A stretch of DNA of 64,000 nucleotides, taken from a bacterium (lineage in GTDB: Bacteria > UBA10199 > 2-02-FULL-50-16 > JAJFLM01). The stretch covers positions 2,240,001-2,304,000 of the forward strand of contig CBDCFN010000016.1 of assembly GCA_965216315.1 (NCBI GenBank), in the 5' to 3' direction. This document shows positions 49,761 to 59,396 of the stretch, in pieces. Position numbers and translations under genes: made by a program. Below the pieces are notes generated by a model, which was not told where the DNA came from, searched no databases, and saw only the letters and a list, made by a program, of their open reading frames with translations. Position 1 is the first letter of the stretch; every line of letters starts with the position of its first letter.

Positions 49761-51239
49761 TTATTGTCTCAACAGCGCACGGCGCCCAAACAACACGCCT
49801 AATGCTGCCAAGGCCATCACGAAGAGGCCGAGTGTATTTGCCGCGTGAGGCGTCGCGTTCAGGCTACAACCACCCGATGTCGCGAGTGATTCACTTTCTT
49901 CACCCGTTCCATCACCGACGATAACTTCTTCATTTTCCGCCGGATTCTCTTCCGCATCCTCTCCCTTATCCGCGTCTATGTTTATAAGTTCGCCTTCACA
50001 TTGATCATCACAACCGTCGCCATTTTCTTCATTCCCGTCGTCGCAGTCCTCTCCCTCATCCACAATACCATTGCCACAGAGACCTTTTTCGAAGGCCCCG
50101 ACATCCGAACTGACCCCAAGAGGCCTCGGAAAACCGCGCTGGTCTTCAGCCAGCTTGACAATGATGGCGGCATCAATAGCGAGGCTGCCGGCTCCAAGCG
50201 CATGTGTGCGGGTGTCTCCGCCGTTAAAAGCCAAGGCTTGCAACTTAAGATCGGCACTGTCGACTCCCGATTGATCCGTCGTTTCCGTAAGGTTACAGGT
50301 TCCGTCGACATCAATGTTGCCACCACCCGATGTAATCGTCCCGAGACCACCGGACGTATCGCAATTCGCGTCAACGCCGCCGGATCCGTCTACCTGTGCC
50401 AACAAACTATTATACAAATTCACTTCGCCATCACCGGCAACGAGATGAGCCGCTAGCAGGTCAGCACGATTATGATAGAAAGTGACATGCCAGAGATCCA
50501 CATCGTCCGCGAGACTCACCAGCCCGCCACCGGTCGGCGCCGTATTGTTACTGATCGTGACATTCACCAACTTGATGTTGCTAGAGCCCGTTCCAACGGC
50601 AACACCGCCACCAAAATCGGCAGCGCTATTGTCGCTGACCAAACAGCGCTCCATATCAAGCGTTCCGGTTCCTATCGCCAGACCGCCGCCAGCGTCGGCT
50701 TCATTGCCGATAAGCTCGACATCACGCAAAATAATATCACCGGATCCATCCGAATAGATTCCGGCACCGGGTTCCGTGGGGCTCGATCCACTCTGAATCG
50801 AGAGTCGCTCAAAAGTTACGTTCGCATTATTTAAAACGTGAAACACTCGACTGTGTTGACCACCACTGATAATCGGCAGAGGCAATTTCTTAAGCGGGAT
50901 AGCACCCGAACTCAAACTCGGGTCCCCTTGGATGATGACATCATCCGTGATATCAAAATCGCGCAGGCCATTCGCATCATCATCGACAAGCATCGTCTCA
51001 TCGATTCCATAAATGCCGTTGGCAATGATAATCGTATCTTCGCCGGGATTGCTATTCGCTAGATTAATCGCCGCACGCAAGGTGCATGACGTTCCGCCAC
51101 CGAGCATGAAGAAACAGATACCACCATCTTCCGTTCGATCCACGGTATAAGTCTCCGCGTGGACTTGAGCCGCCGCCAACATCGCGACAACCACCGCGCT
51201 AATAATTGAGAATTTTTTAATCGTTTCCAGTATACCCAT
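49761..51239 (-). CDS. Secreted CSLREA/beta-helix protein with full MYXO-CTERM-like anchor
   Basis: CTLRAAI..AN, DQRG.PR, one Cys repeat, GGCSL-spacer-TM-RR tail. Confidence 0.88.
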   Translation of the reverse strand: MGILETIKKFSIISAVVVAMLAAAQVHAETYTVDRTEDGGICFFMLGGGTSCTLRAAINLANSNPGEDTIIIANGIYGIDETMLVDDDANGLRDFDITDDVIIQGDPSLSSGAIPLKKLPLPIISGGQHSRVFHVLNNANVTFERLSIQSGSSPTEPGAGIYSDGSGDIILRDVELIGNEADAGGGLAIGTGTLDMERCLVSDNSAADFGGGVAVGTGSSNIKLVNVTISNNTAPTGGGLVSLADDVDLWHVTFYHNRADLLAAHLVAGDGEVNLYNSLLAQVDGSGGVDANCDTSGGLGTITSGGGNIDVDGTCNLTETTDQSGVDSADLKLQALAFNGGDTRTHALGAGSLAIDAAIIVKLAEDQRGFPRPLGVSSDVGAFEKGLCGNGIVDEGEDCDDGNEENGDGCDDQCEGELINIDADKGEDAEENPAENEEVIVGDGTGEESESLATSGGCSLNATPHAANTLGLFVMALAALGVLFGRRALLRQ

Positions 51240-51277
51240 GATCTTTCCTCCAGTTAGAAATTTTTCGGTCCTACTAG

Positions 51278-51350
51278 TTATCGACTCCGGTGGGGTCTAA
51301 GTTGAGCGTCAATGAGGAATATTTACCTAAAACAGTGTACATGAGTACAC
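51278..51350 (-). promoter_or_regulatory. Promoter CAAC-N16-TCGATAA (51278-51304) with GTGTAC-ATGA-GTACAC (51335-51350) 30 bp upstream
   Basis: Perfect palindrome and motif pair. Confidence 0.75.
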
Positions 51351-51458
51351 ATATAATCTTAATAAAACTTAATTATTTTAATTAGTTAGATAATATTTAT
51401 TTGAGATATTTGCGAAATTGTTGTCCACATAGACTTGTGGAGTCGGACTGAGGGGCAT

Positions 51459-51491
51459 AAAAAAAGGGCCGGGCCCCGAAGAGCCCGACCC
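51459..51491 (-). terminator. Intrinsic terminator
   Basis: Minus strand: GGGTCGGGCTC-TTCG-GGGCCCGGCCC-TTTTTTT. Confidence 0.9.
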
Positions 51492-51513
51492 AGGTGTGTC
51501 TCATGCGTATGGG

Positions 51514-52026
51514 TTAGGTGTTCACAAAAGGATTAACTACCTTTGGCGCTTTCGACGTGGCTGGTTTGTATGGTCCGCCGCGATAGACGAACGGACTCTG
51601 ATTCGCCCTCTTGTCGAGCGCGTCGATCTCGTCCGTCGAAAGGCGATGTTCCGCACAATAGTCATGAATCTGATCGGATAGCTGCCAATAATTACTGCGA
51701 TTTCCGGCCTTAATCTGACTGGCCGCTTGCTTCATCATCCCTTCCGCTTCGGCTTTGTAGAGCGCATGATTTTCCGTGCGTTCCAACGCAACGTTTACGG
51801 CACGTAATTTAACCGTTTGTACGTAACTCTCCGGCAAAAAAGAACCGAGTTCTTCCGCCCGAACGGCCAAATGATCCAAAGCCGCGTCGACAGTGACAAG
51901 ACTTTCAAACTGGCCGGCCTCAACAAGCTCAACCACGCGCGTCATATCTTCATGTAAACGCAGTTCCTGGCGATTCATCTGATTATAATTAATATTCGGT
52001 AATTTGTGTGTTGCTCGTATAGACAT
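51514..52026 (-). CDS. Hypothetical helical protein, no signal peptide
   Basis: GGGGAG before ATG 52026; own promoter and terminator. Confidence 0.7.
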   Translation of the reverse strand: MSIRATHKLPNINYNQMNRQELRLHEDMTRVVELVEAGQFESLVTVDAALDHLAVRAEELGSFLPESYVQTVKLRAVNVALERTENHALYKAEAEGMMKQAASQIKAGNRSNYWQLSDQIHDYCAEHRLSTDEIDALDKRANQSPFVYRGGPYKPATSKAPKVVNPFVNT

Positions 52027-52079
52027 TGGTCTCCCCCAATACACTTTGAGTTAATATTTTAATTCTCCAATGTCGCTTA

Positions 52080-52197
52080 TTATCGGGAGATGCCATTGAA
52101 ACGTTTCGTCGGCGCCTAAATTAACGTGTACCATGGTCCACTAGAATACCTACCACTCGACAGATACAACACAACGCACACACAATCGAACCGATAA
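52080..52197. promoter_or_regulatory. Divergent promoters (52080-52106 minus, 52172-52197 plus) sharing GTGTAC-CATG-GTCCAC (52126-52141)
   Basis: Palindrome is 19 bp from the left -35 and 30 bp from the right -35. Confidence 0.75.
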
Positions 52198-52220
52198 ACT
52201 ATTTGCATAAGGAGTTTGTC

Positions 52221-52745
52221 ATGAGCATTTATTCACTTCCTAAAACACAGGACGAACAAAAAAATATTCTGACAGAGTCGGCGTCAGAACAGGAAGAAGA
52301 CTATTCATTTACCATTGACGGCAACTTAATGGTCGACACGGGGGCCAATATAAGCACGGATAAGGCCACCGCTTCGATGACTTTTCAGCTGGGCGGCACT
52401 TTCTTTTGGCATCTCCACCCTGACATCTCGCCCGGCTTTTACGTCGGTGCCCGCTATCACTTAGTTCCGGAACGCGCCCATCGCGTCCACCGTGTCGGCC
52501 TCACTGCGAGTCCCGCGTTGATGATTCATCTAGCACGCACAACAATCATCGCCGAGGGCGGTCTACGCCCTCAATATAATCACACTGACGCGGCTTTTGA
52601 TCTCGGCGGCGGAGGTTCCATCAATATTGTATTTTCCGATTGGGGCGTGGGCGTTTTTGCGGAGCAACACGACATTCTCATGGATAGAATGCGCGATGGC
52701 GTGAGTCTTGGTATCCGCCTCTTTACTCATTTTATCCTGTACTAG
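52221..52745 (+). CDS. Hypothetical beta-strand-rich protein, no signal peptide
   Basis: TAAGGAG before ATG 52221; alternating Gly/hydrophobic strands. Confidence 0.7.
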   Translation: MSIYSLPKTQDEQKNILTESASEQEEDYSFTIDGNLMVDTGANISTDKATASMTFQLGGTFFWHLHPDISPGFYVGARYHLVPERAHRVHRVGLTASPALMIHLARTTIIAEGGLRPQYNHTDAAFDLGGGGSINIVFSDWGVGVFAEQHDILMDRMRDGVSLGIRLFTHFILY

Positions 52746-52791
52746 GTCCTATCTTGCTTCCAGCATTGATTTAGTTTAAAGCTTGGAGCCC

Positions 52792-53631
52792 ATGTCCACC
52801 GCGATTTCAATCAAGGGGCTCTACAAGAAGTATGGCAAGTTTGAGGCCTTGCGCAATGTGGAACTCGAAATCCCACAAGGCGAATTTTTCGGCCTGTTGG
52901 GTCCTAATGGGGCCGGTAAAACAACCCTCATCAAGACGATTGTTGGCCTCGCGAAAAAGAATGCCGGCTCGGTTGAAGTCTGCGGCCTGGATGTCACTCA
53001 ACACTATATCCGGACACGTGCCTTGATCGGCCTTTCTCCGCAAGAACCCAACGTCGACCGCTATTTTAAGGTCCGCAAATTGATGGAGTTTCAAGGCGGC
53101 TTTTATGGACAGTCACGAACGGAACGGCGGCACCGCACGGAAGAGTTGATTGAACAGTTCGGATTGACTGAAAAAATTAACACTCAATTCTGGCGGCTCT
53201 CCGGCGGCATGCAAAAGCGCGTCATGGTCGCGCGTTCGATGATGGCGTATCCTAAAATCCTCATCTTAGACGAGCCTACTTCGGGAGTGGATGTGGAACA
53301 ACGCTATGAACTTTGGGAACAGCTGCGTGGCCTTAATAAAGATGGGACAACGATTATCCTCACCACTCACTATATTGATGAAGCCGAACAACTCTGCGAA
53401 CGAGTCGGCATTATTGATCAAGGACAGATCATCGAAATAGGCCCTCCTCAAGAATTGATTCAACGGCACTGCCAACAATACTTCATCGTCAATGGCGAAC
53501 AGCATCAACAAATCAATGGACTGCAAGTCAATGACGTCCAAATTGAAAAAGGCAGCCTCGAAAAGGTCTTTTTGAAACTGACAGGTCATTCCATTCATCA
53601 AGATGAAGCTCGGGAGGACACGTCCGCATGA
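52792..53631 (+). CDS. ABC transporter ATP-binding protein (YadG-like)
   Basis: GPNGAGKTT, LSGGM, ILDEPT, LTTHY. Confidence 0.95.
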   Translation: MSTAISIKGLYKKYGKFEALRNVELEIPQGEFFGLLGPNGAGKTTLIKTIVGLAKKNAGSVEVCGLDVTQHYIRTRALIGLSPQEPNVDRYFKVRKLMEFQGGFYGQSRTERRHRTEELIEQFGLTEKINTQFWRLSGGMQKRVMVARSMMAYPKILILDEPTSGVDVEQRYELWEQLRGLNKDGTTIILTTHYIDEAEQLCERVGIIDQGQIIEIGPPQELIQRHCQQYFIVNGEQHQQINGLQVNDVQIEKGSLEKVFLKLTGHSIHQDEAREDTSA

Positions 53632-54392
53632 AATCATGGAATGCAATCTCCACGCTGATCGAACGCGAGTTCTATCGTTTTTTCCGTCTTGCCGGCCAGA
53701 CTATTGCCCCACCGGTCATCATGACCATCTTATTTATTGTGATTTTCGGCTATTCACTCGGTAGTCGCATCCGTGAGATCTCGGGTTTTTCCTATATTAT
53801 CTATATCATTCCGGGGCTCGCGGGAATGGGCGTCATCAATAACGCCTATGCCAATTGCACCACGTCGCTTTTCATGGCGCGCAGTGACCGATCAATTGAA
53901 AACATCCTCGTCACTCCTATCAGCTATATACGTATCGTCTCTTCGATGGTCATGGGCGGCATGGCCCGCGGAATGATTGTCGGCGGCATCACCGTCGCGG
54001 TCGCCGTTCCTTTAACCGGACTCGAGATCGCATCAATCCCCGCCACGATAGGAGTGATGATCCTTGTCGCAATTTGCTTCGCGTCCTTTGGAGTCATCAA
54101 CGGACTCTGGGCTGAGAGTTGGGATCACGTCGCCACGGTAGCCAATTTCGTTATTACGCCGTTCATCTACCTTGGTGGTGTCTTTTATTCGATTTCCATG
54201 CTGCCGCCAACCTGGAGACAGGTCTCTGCCGGCAATCCACTTTACTACATGATTGACTCGATGCGCTGGGCCATCCTGGGCAGCAGTGATATCGATCCGT
54301 CAATCAGTATCAGCATCATCGCTGGGCTGGCCTTGATCACCTTTTCGACTGCTGTCTATCTATTTCGGCGCGGCTACAAACTCGTTGTCTAA
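53628..54392 (+). CDS. ABC-2 type permease (YadH-like)
   Basis: RE..RF, QTI.PP, PGL..M, YLGGVFY, NP.YYMI. Confidence 0.93.
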   Translation: MKSWNAISTLIEREFYRFFRLAGQTIAPPVIMTILFIVIFGYSLGSRIREISGFSYIIYIIPGLAGMGVINNAYANCTTSLFMARSDRSIENILVTPISYIRIVSSMVMGGMARGMIVGGITVAVAVPLTGLEIASIPATIGVMILVAICFASFGVINGLWAESWDHVATVANFVITPFIYLGGVFYSISMLPPTWRQVSAGNPLYYMIDSMRWAILGSSDIDPSISISIIAGLALITFSTAVYLFRRGYKLVV

Positions 54393-55183
54393 GAGCGTGC
54401 TATTTTAGCCTTTAAGATCTCTTTTTTGATAAGCGACCTAAACTCTTCGACTTTTTTAGCGATCTTTTGCTCACTCCCAAGGTCTTGCAAGGTCACTCGC
54501 TGCGGCGCTCCCCATCTCATCACTACTTTTGATGGAAACAGGAATGGTAGTTTCGGAATAATCATGAACGGCGTTTTCACCAACGGCTTTACGAGACTAT
54601 CGATAACAAATTTGTTTTGAATGAGCCAAATCTTAAGTGTTTTCTCCAAACCTGCATGCCCAATCGGAATGATCGATACTGACTCTTTACCTGTCTCCTT
54701 TAAATACTGCTTGGCAATCCTTAAGAAACCCGCATGAAAGGCCGCCACCGAGTGGCCGTTATTAAATGCTTTAACAAAATCCAATCCTTCCGGAAATAGT
54801 AAGATATGACGACGTTTCAGCGCTTGAACCCCTGTTGCAACTGAAAGCGGAACACATTGCCCTAACTGGAGATATTCTCTGAAAATAGGTATTTTGAAGG
54901 CCTCGCGCAACACCATCATATGAATCTTTCCAGCGCCTTGAGAGAAGACATGCTGACACACCAGCGGCGCCTCAAGGGTCAGAGCATGATTGAGAATGAA
55001 AATTACGTGCTCCTTTTTCGCCCGCACTATACCTTCCTCGACAGAACCTTCGTGCCGAACACGATAGTGTAAGTCATGAAGATACTTAAGCCAGGATTTC
55101 GCATGGAGCTCGTAGACAGAATCGCTGACAATGGAATCGTCATAATTGAAGGAAAAAACCTTTTTTAATAGTCGTGGCATCAT
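54389..55183 (-). CDS. Lysophospholipid acyltransferase-like protein
   Basis: NH-X4-E, LFPEG, F..GF.R.A, IIPIG..G. Confidence 0.7.
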   Translation of the reverse strand: MMPRLLKKVFSFNYDDSIVSDSVYELHAKSWLKYLHDLHYRVRHEGSVEEGIVRAKKEHVIFILNHALTLEAPLVCQHVFSQGAGKIHMMVLREAFKIPIFREYLQLGQCVPLSVATGVQALKRRHILLFPEGLDFVKAFNNGHSVAAFHAGFLRIAKQYLKETGKESVSIIPIGHAGLEKTLKIWLIQNKFVIDSLVKPLVKTPFMIIPKLPFLFPSKVVMRWGAPQRVTLQDLGSEQKIAKKVEEFRSLIKKEILKAKIARS

Positions 55184-55209
55184 CGCAACTATTATGAATA
55201 TTAATTAAA

Positions 55210-55782
55210 TCAAACTGGTCTGTCTAATTTTTTATATGTTAGCTTTTTTTCGTCTGGAATCACGGGGATGAGTTCGATCGACATCGTCATCATCTCTTCA
55301 GGAACGACATCATCGTCGACTAAATTGAGAAGTTTACTCCGAAACTCTCGGATTATTTTTTTGAGTTGAGGCAAGTTATCTCTAATGATTCCAAAAGTAA
55401 TCTCACTTAAATCGCGTTTACCCTGATCGAGGCTGAGTGTTTGAAGGCGATGCACATTACGAATAGCCATCAGTTCTAGATAGTGTTCCTTAATTTCGTC
55501 AGGGCTCTCAGCCTGATTTAAGAAGACGAGATGCCGAAAATACTCCGCTTCGTCGTCTTCCAAGCGCAAACCTCGAATAAATTTTCTTAAACTTTTTAGT
55601 GTTAGGTTGCGGTCGCCATCCATAACGAGCTTGAGGATATTAGAAGAACCAAACCCGGCATGTTGTGAAAAGATACGGAGAGAAAATCCGTAGGTCAGGC
55701 GCTTGGCACTCTCATACCAGTCCTTGAGAAAAGTCCTATAATCGAGATAATCATAGACACAGATGTCGGATACAATATTCAT
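55210..55782 (-). CDS. TIGR02147-family protein, copy 5, internally deleted
   Basis: N-terminal HTH part and C-terminal RD.S..T.GI part present; WYH..IREL block absent. Confidence 0.8.
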   Translation of the reverse strand: MNIVSDICVYDYLDYRTFLKDWYESAKRLTYGFSLRIFSQHAGFGSSNILKLVMDGDRNLTLKSLRKFIRGLRLEDDEAEYFRHLVFLNQAESPDEIKEHYLELMAIRNVHRLQTLSLDQGKRDLSEITFGIIRDNLPQLKKIIREFRSKLLNLVDDDVVPEEMMTMSIELIPVIPDEKKLTYKKLDRPV

Positions 55783-55816
55783 GCTAAACCTGTATCCGCT
55801 TTGATGCCCACTTTCC

Positions 55817-55842
55817 TTATCGGTCAAAGCCAAATTTTGTTT
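55817..55842 (-). promoter_or_regulatory. Promoter AAAC-N15-CCGATAA for TIGR02147 copy 5
   Basis: Motif match. Confidence 0.6.
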
Positions 55843-55995
55843 TCAACTATTTTTAATTTTTTGAAAAAACTCTTAATTTCAGCGACTTATAATGACTACG
55901 AGGCAGGCGGAACGGACCGCAGCCTCTCGGTCCGCCCGCCAGCAGTGCTATCGCACCGGTCATACCCTCGCGATAGGTGGAGTCATTTTCATCGA

Positions 55996-56448
55996 TTAGG
56001 GTGCCCGCAGGAATTCAAACGAAAGGCTCACCCCAAGCGTGACAGCCCACGAGTCAAGCTCCGTAACATCCATAAAGCCGGCTTTCAGATAAATCGGTAT
56101 TTCGACAGATGGCAGGATTCCAAACGCGCCCGCGGCAGCGCCGACTTGAGTTTTATCGGCATTAAGATCGCGAAGTACCTCAGCTTCAACTCCAGCCCAG
56201 ACCCCAAAAAAGACGGGGCCCATAACGTTGGCACTGCCACCCACGCGTTTACTGTCCGCACTCATATAACTGCTGACACCAATGCCCAGGCTCATGCCGG
56301 TGGTATCCGTGGCCTGCAGGTTTAGGGCCGCGTTCCCCCCCACCTGATGACCATTCTCGGTCGGTACCGCCGCTCCGCCAACGCGCCAAAGATCATGCAG
56401 TCTCAATTCCTCTCCAAATAATTTGATCGTCTTTCCTGGTCCACCCAT
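55996..56448 (-). CDS. Hypothetical beta-barrel-like protein, no signal peptide
   Basis: AAGGAGG before ATG 56448; amphipathic strands ending VTLGVSLSFEF. Confidence 0.7.
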   Translation of the reverse strand: MGGPGKTIKLFGEELRLHDLWRVGGAAVPTENGHQVGGNAALNLQATDTTGMSLGIGVSSYMSADSKRVGGSANVMGPVFFGVWAGVEAEVLRDLNADKTQVGAAAGAFGILPSVEIPIYLKAGFMDVTELDSWAVTLGVSLSFEFLRAP

Positions 56449-56752
56449 AATTATTCCTCCTTCGCCCCAATAAGCTAAGAGAAATTTCGGCACGTGAGTG
56501 GAAATGTTTCTCGTCAATTCAAACGAAACGTTAATCTTTGCATTCGTTTGGATGCGATTAGGACGGGACACCGCACGGGGATAACGATGCCCCGCCGTTG
56601 CGTTCGGCTAACGACGTGCACGCACCTCAACCGAGTCACGTACACTCCCCGGTCACCAGCTGTATGCACTCATTACAGTATTAAGATTTTGAATGGGAGC
56701 AAAGAAAAGAAACAAACGCGCAATTCTTTTTGCATTCATTTGTATGCAGCGA

Positions 56753-57199
56753 CTATGGAGTAACTGATTTGCGATTCTGAAACCAACCAATTCCCGCACC
56801 GAGTAAAGCGGCGATGGGCGCCGTCAACCAACCGAACAACAAGAGACTCCAAAAAGTAAAAGCAAGACTCCCATAGAGCCCATCGATCGGACCAATTGGG
56901 GGCTCATTGAGTGAAGAACGTGAGTCAATGATGTTTAAATAAAGTATATGAATATACCAAGTCACTGGATGCGACGCGATGCCGACGATCAATCCGATTA
57001 AGGCCCCGCGCTTGCCGTTGACAAAAGACCATTTCTTAATAACCAAGTACCAGAGTCCCAATGAGACGAGAAAGGCAGCCAGGCCCGCGGACCCAGTCAG
57101 TTGCATCCAACCCCCACCTTCCGCGGAAGCCAACACCAACATGGCGACAAAGGCACCCGTTAGTCCGAAAACCAATGCCGCCTTGACAGAACGAATCAT
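56753..57199 (-). CDS. Hypothetical four-TM membrane protein
   Basis: Four hydrophobic segments. Confidence 0.7.
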   Translation of the reverse strand: MIRSVKAALVFGLTGAFVAMLVLASAEGGGWMQLTGSAGLAAFLVSLGLWYLVIKKWSFVNGKRGALIGLIVGIASHPVTWYIHILYLNIIDSRSSLNEPPIGPIDGLYGSLAFTFWSLLLFGWLTAPIAALLGAGIGWFQNRKSVTP

Positions 57200-57314
57200 A
57201 TTCGAAGTCTAACTGATATCGACGAATCGTTCTACTACTCACACACTTACATTTACGACGTTTTGAGCTGTAATTATAACTGATGACAAGAAGCGTGCGG
57301 CTTAGTAAAGGAGT

Positions 57315-59375
57315 ATGTCGATGTCGGAACCTAAACACACGAATCGTCTCGCCCAAGAAAAAAGCCCGTATCTCCTCCAACACGCCCACAATCCGGTCGA
57401 CTGGTATCCCTGGGGCCCGGAAGCGTTTGAGAAAGCCAAGGCCGAAGACAAAGCGATTTTTCTCTCCATCGGTTACGCGACCTGCCATTGGTGTCACGTG
57501 ATGGAACGCGAGTCCTTCGAAAATGAAGAAATCGCTAAGATCATGAACGAACACTTTATCAATATTAAAGTCGACCGCGAGGAGCGCCCCGATGTCGATC
57601 AGATTTATATGACCGCAGTCCAGGCCATGACCGGCGGCGGGGGCTGGCCCCTCTCAGCCTTCTTAACACCCGAACGCACCCCTTTTTACGGCGGAACTTA
57701 TTTTCCGCCTGATCGCCGTTATGGACGCCCGGGCTTTCCCGAAATACTCGAAGAAATTGCGCGCGTCTGGCGCGAAGAACGCGATCGTGTCATCGGCACC
57801 AGCAAACAATTAACGGAGGTCATTGAACAAAACCTCACGAATCAACCGGGTGAACTTCTCGATGAAGCGGTCCTCAAGAAATTTTATCAACACACCTCCC
57901 ATAGCTTTGATGCCGAATATGGCGGCTTCGGCCCTGCACCGAAGTTTCCGCGGAGCGAGCAGATCTCGATCTTACTTCGGATCCATCGGAGAACCGGTGA
58001 AAAACGGGCTCTCGAAATGGCGACACGCACGCTGGATGCCATGGCGCGGGGAGGAATCTATGATCACTTGGGAGGCGGCTTTGCGCGTTATGCAACGGAC
58101 CAGCGCTGGTTGATTCCGCACTTTGAGAAAATGCTCTACGACAATGCCCTGCTCACGCGTTCTTATCTCGAGGCCTACCAGGTCACCCATAACGAAGACT
58201 GGGCGAGTATCGCTAAAGAAACTTTGGATTACGTCTTGCGCGACATGACGGCAGAGTCCGGCGGCTTCTTTTCCGCGGAAGACGCGGATAGCGAAGATGA
58301 AGAAGGAAAATTTTATACCTGGTCCGAACCGGAACTAAAAACCGTTCTCACGGAGGCCGAATTAAAGGAGTTCAAGCAGCTGTTTCCCCTCAGCCTTGCC
58401 AGCATACTCGATGGCAAGTTTGTCCTGCACCTGGACCCAAAAGCCCCCTGGCAAGAACGCTATACACAAGGCAATAAAGGGATTCTGCAAAAACTCTTTG
58501 AGCAGCGTGCGCGGCGAATACGCCCGCTACTGGACGACAAAATCCTTGCCTCCTGGAATGGGCTGATGATCAGTGCCATGGCGCAAGCGGCCGGCATTCT
58601 GCAAGAAGTGCGCTACTTGGCAGCGGCTCAAAATGCGATGCATTTTATCATCGACAACTTTTGGGATGGCGAGATCTTGAAGCGACGCTATCGTGCCGGT
58701 GAGGTGCGTTACAATGGTTCCCTCGACGATTATGCCTGCATCATCGCGGCCCTGCTCGACCTCTACGCAGCGGATTTTGACTCCCAATGGTTTACCCTCG
58801 CGGTTAATCTACAAAAAAGTGTGGATCGCTTATTTTGGGACGCGTCTGCAAGCGGCTACTACTACACGGATGCAACGGACAATTCACTGATCACTCGCAC
58901 CAAGGAACTCTACGATGGTGCCATGCCTTCGGGAAACTCCATCACGGCAATGAATCTCATCCGGCTTTACCATTACACCCTAGATGAAAGGTATCTGCAA
59001 CGTTTTCACGAAGTCATTCGTGCCGTTTCGGGGCGTCTCAAAGACAATCCCCTCATTGCCCCGGCGTTACTACTCGCCATCGACTTTGCAACAGATGAGC
59101 CGGCCGAAATCGTCATTGCCGGGATGAAGGATGATCCCTGCGTCCAAGAAACACTCAACGATCTCGCGCAGAGTTTTTTACCGAATAAAGTCGTTGCCCT
59201 TGCCGACAGTATGGATCCAGAGCGCCTCCAACAAATGCCACTTATCGAAGGCAAGGTGCCTCAGAACAATAGGGCCACCATCTATATCTGTAAAAACCAT
59301 AGCTGTCAGAAACCGGTACACGAATGGCCCAAAGCCAAGAAATCCTTAACTCCCAGTAAATACGATATTTCTTAG
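57315..59375 (+). CDS. YyaL/SPATA20-type thioredoxin-domain protein
   Basis: [55 protein letters not shown]. Confidence 0.95.
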   Translation: MSMSEPKHTNRLAQEKSPYLLQHAHNPVDWYPWGPEAFEKAKAEDKAIFLSIGYATCHWCHVMERESFENEEIAKIMNEHFINIKVDREERPDVDQIYMTAVQAMTGGGGWPLSAFLTPERTPFYGGTYFPPDRRYGRPGFPEILEEIARVWREERDRVIGTSKQLTEVIEQNLTNQPGELLDEAVLKKFYQHTSHSFDAEYGGFGPAPKFPRSEQISILLRIHRRTGEKRALEMATRTLDAMARGGIYDHLGGGFARYATDQRWLIPHFEKMLYDNALLTRSYLEAYQVTHNEDWASIAKETLDYVLRDMTAESGGFFSAEDADSEDEEGKFYTWSEPELKTVLTEAELKEFKQLFPLSLASILDGKFVLHLDPKAPWQERYTQGNKGILQKLFEQRARRIRPLLDDKILASWNGLMISAMAQAAGILQEVRYLAAAQNAMHFIIDNFWDGEILKRRYRAGEVRYNGSLDDYACIIAALLDLYAADFDSQWFTLAVNLQKSVDRLFWDASASGYYYTDATDNSLITRTKELYDGAMPSGNSITAMNLIRLYHYTLDERYLQRFHEVIRAVSGRLKDNPLIAPALLLAIDFATDEPAEIVIAGMKDDPCVQETLNDLAQSFLPNKVVALADSMDPERLQQMPLIEGKVPQNNRATIYICKNHSCQKPVHEWPKAKKSLTPSKYDIS

Positions 59376-59396
59376 CTCTCACCTTTAAGATTTCAT

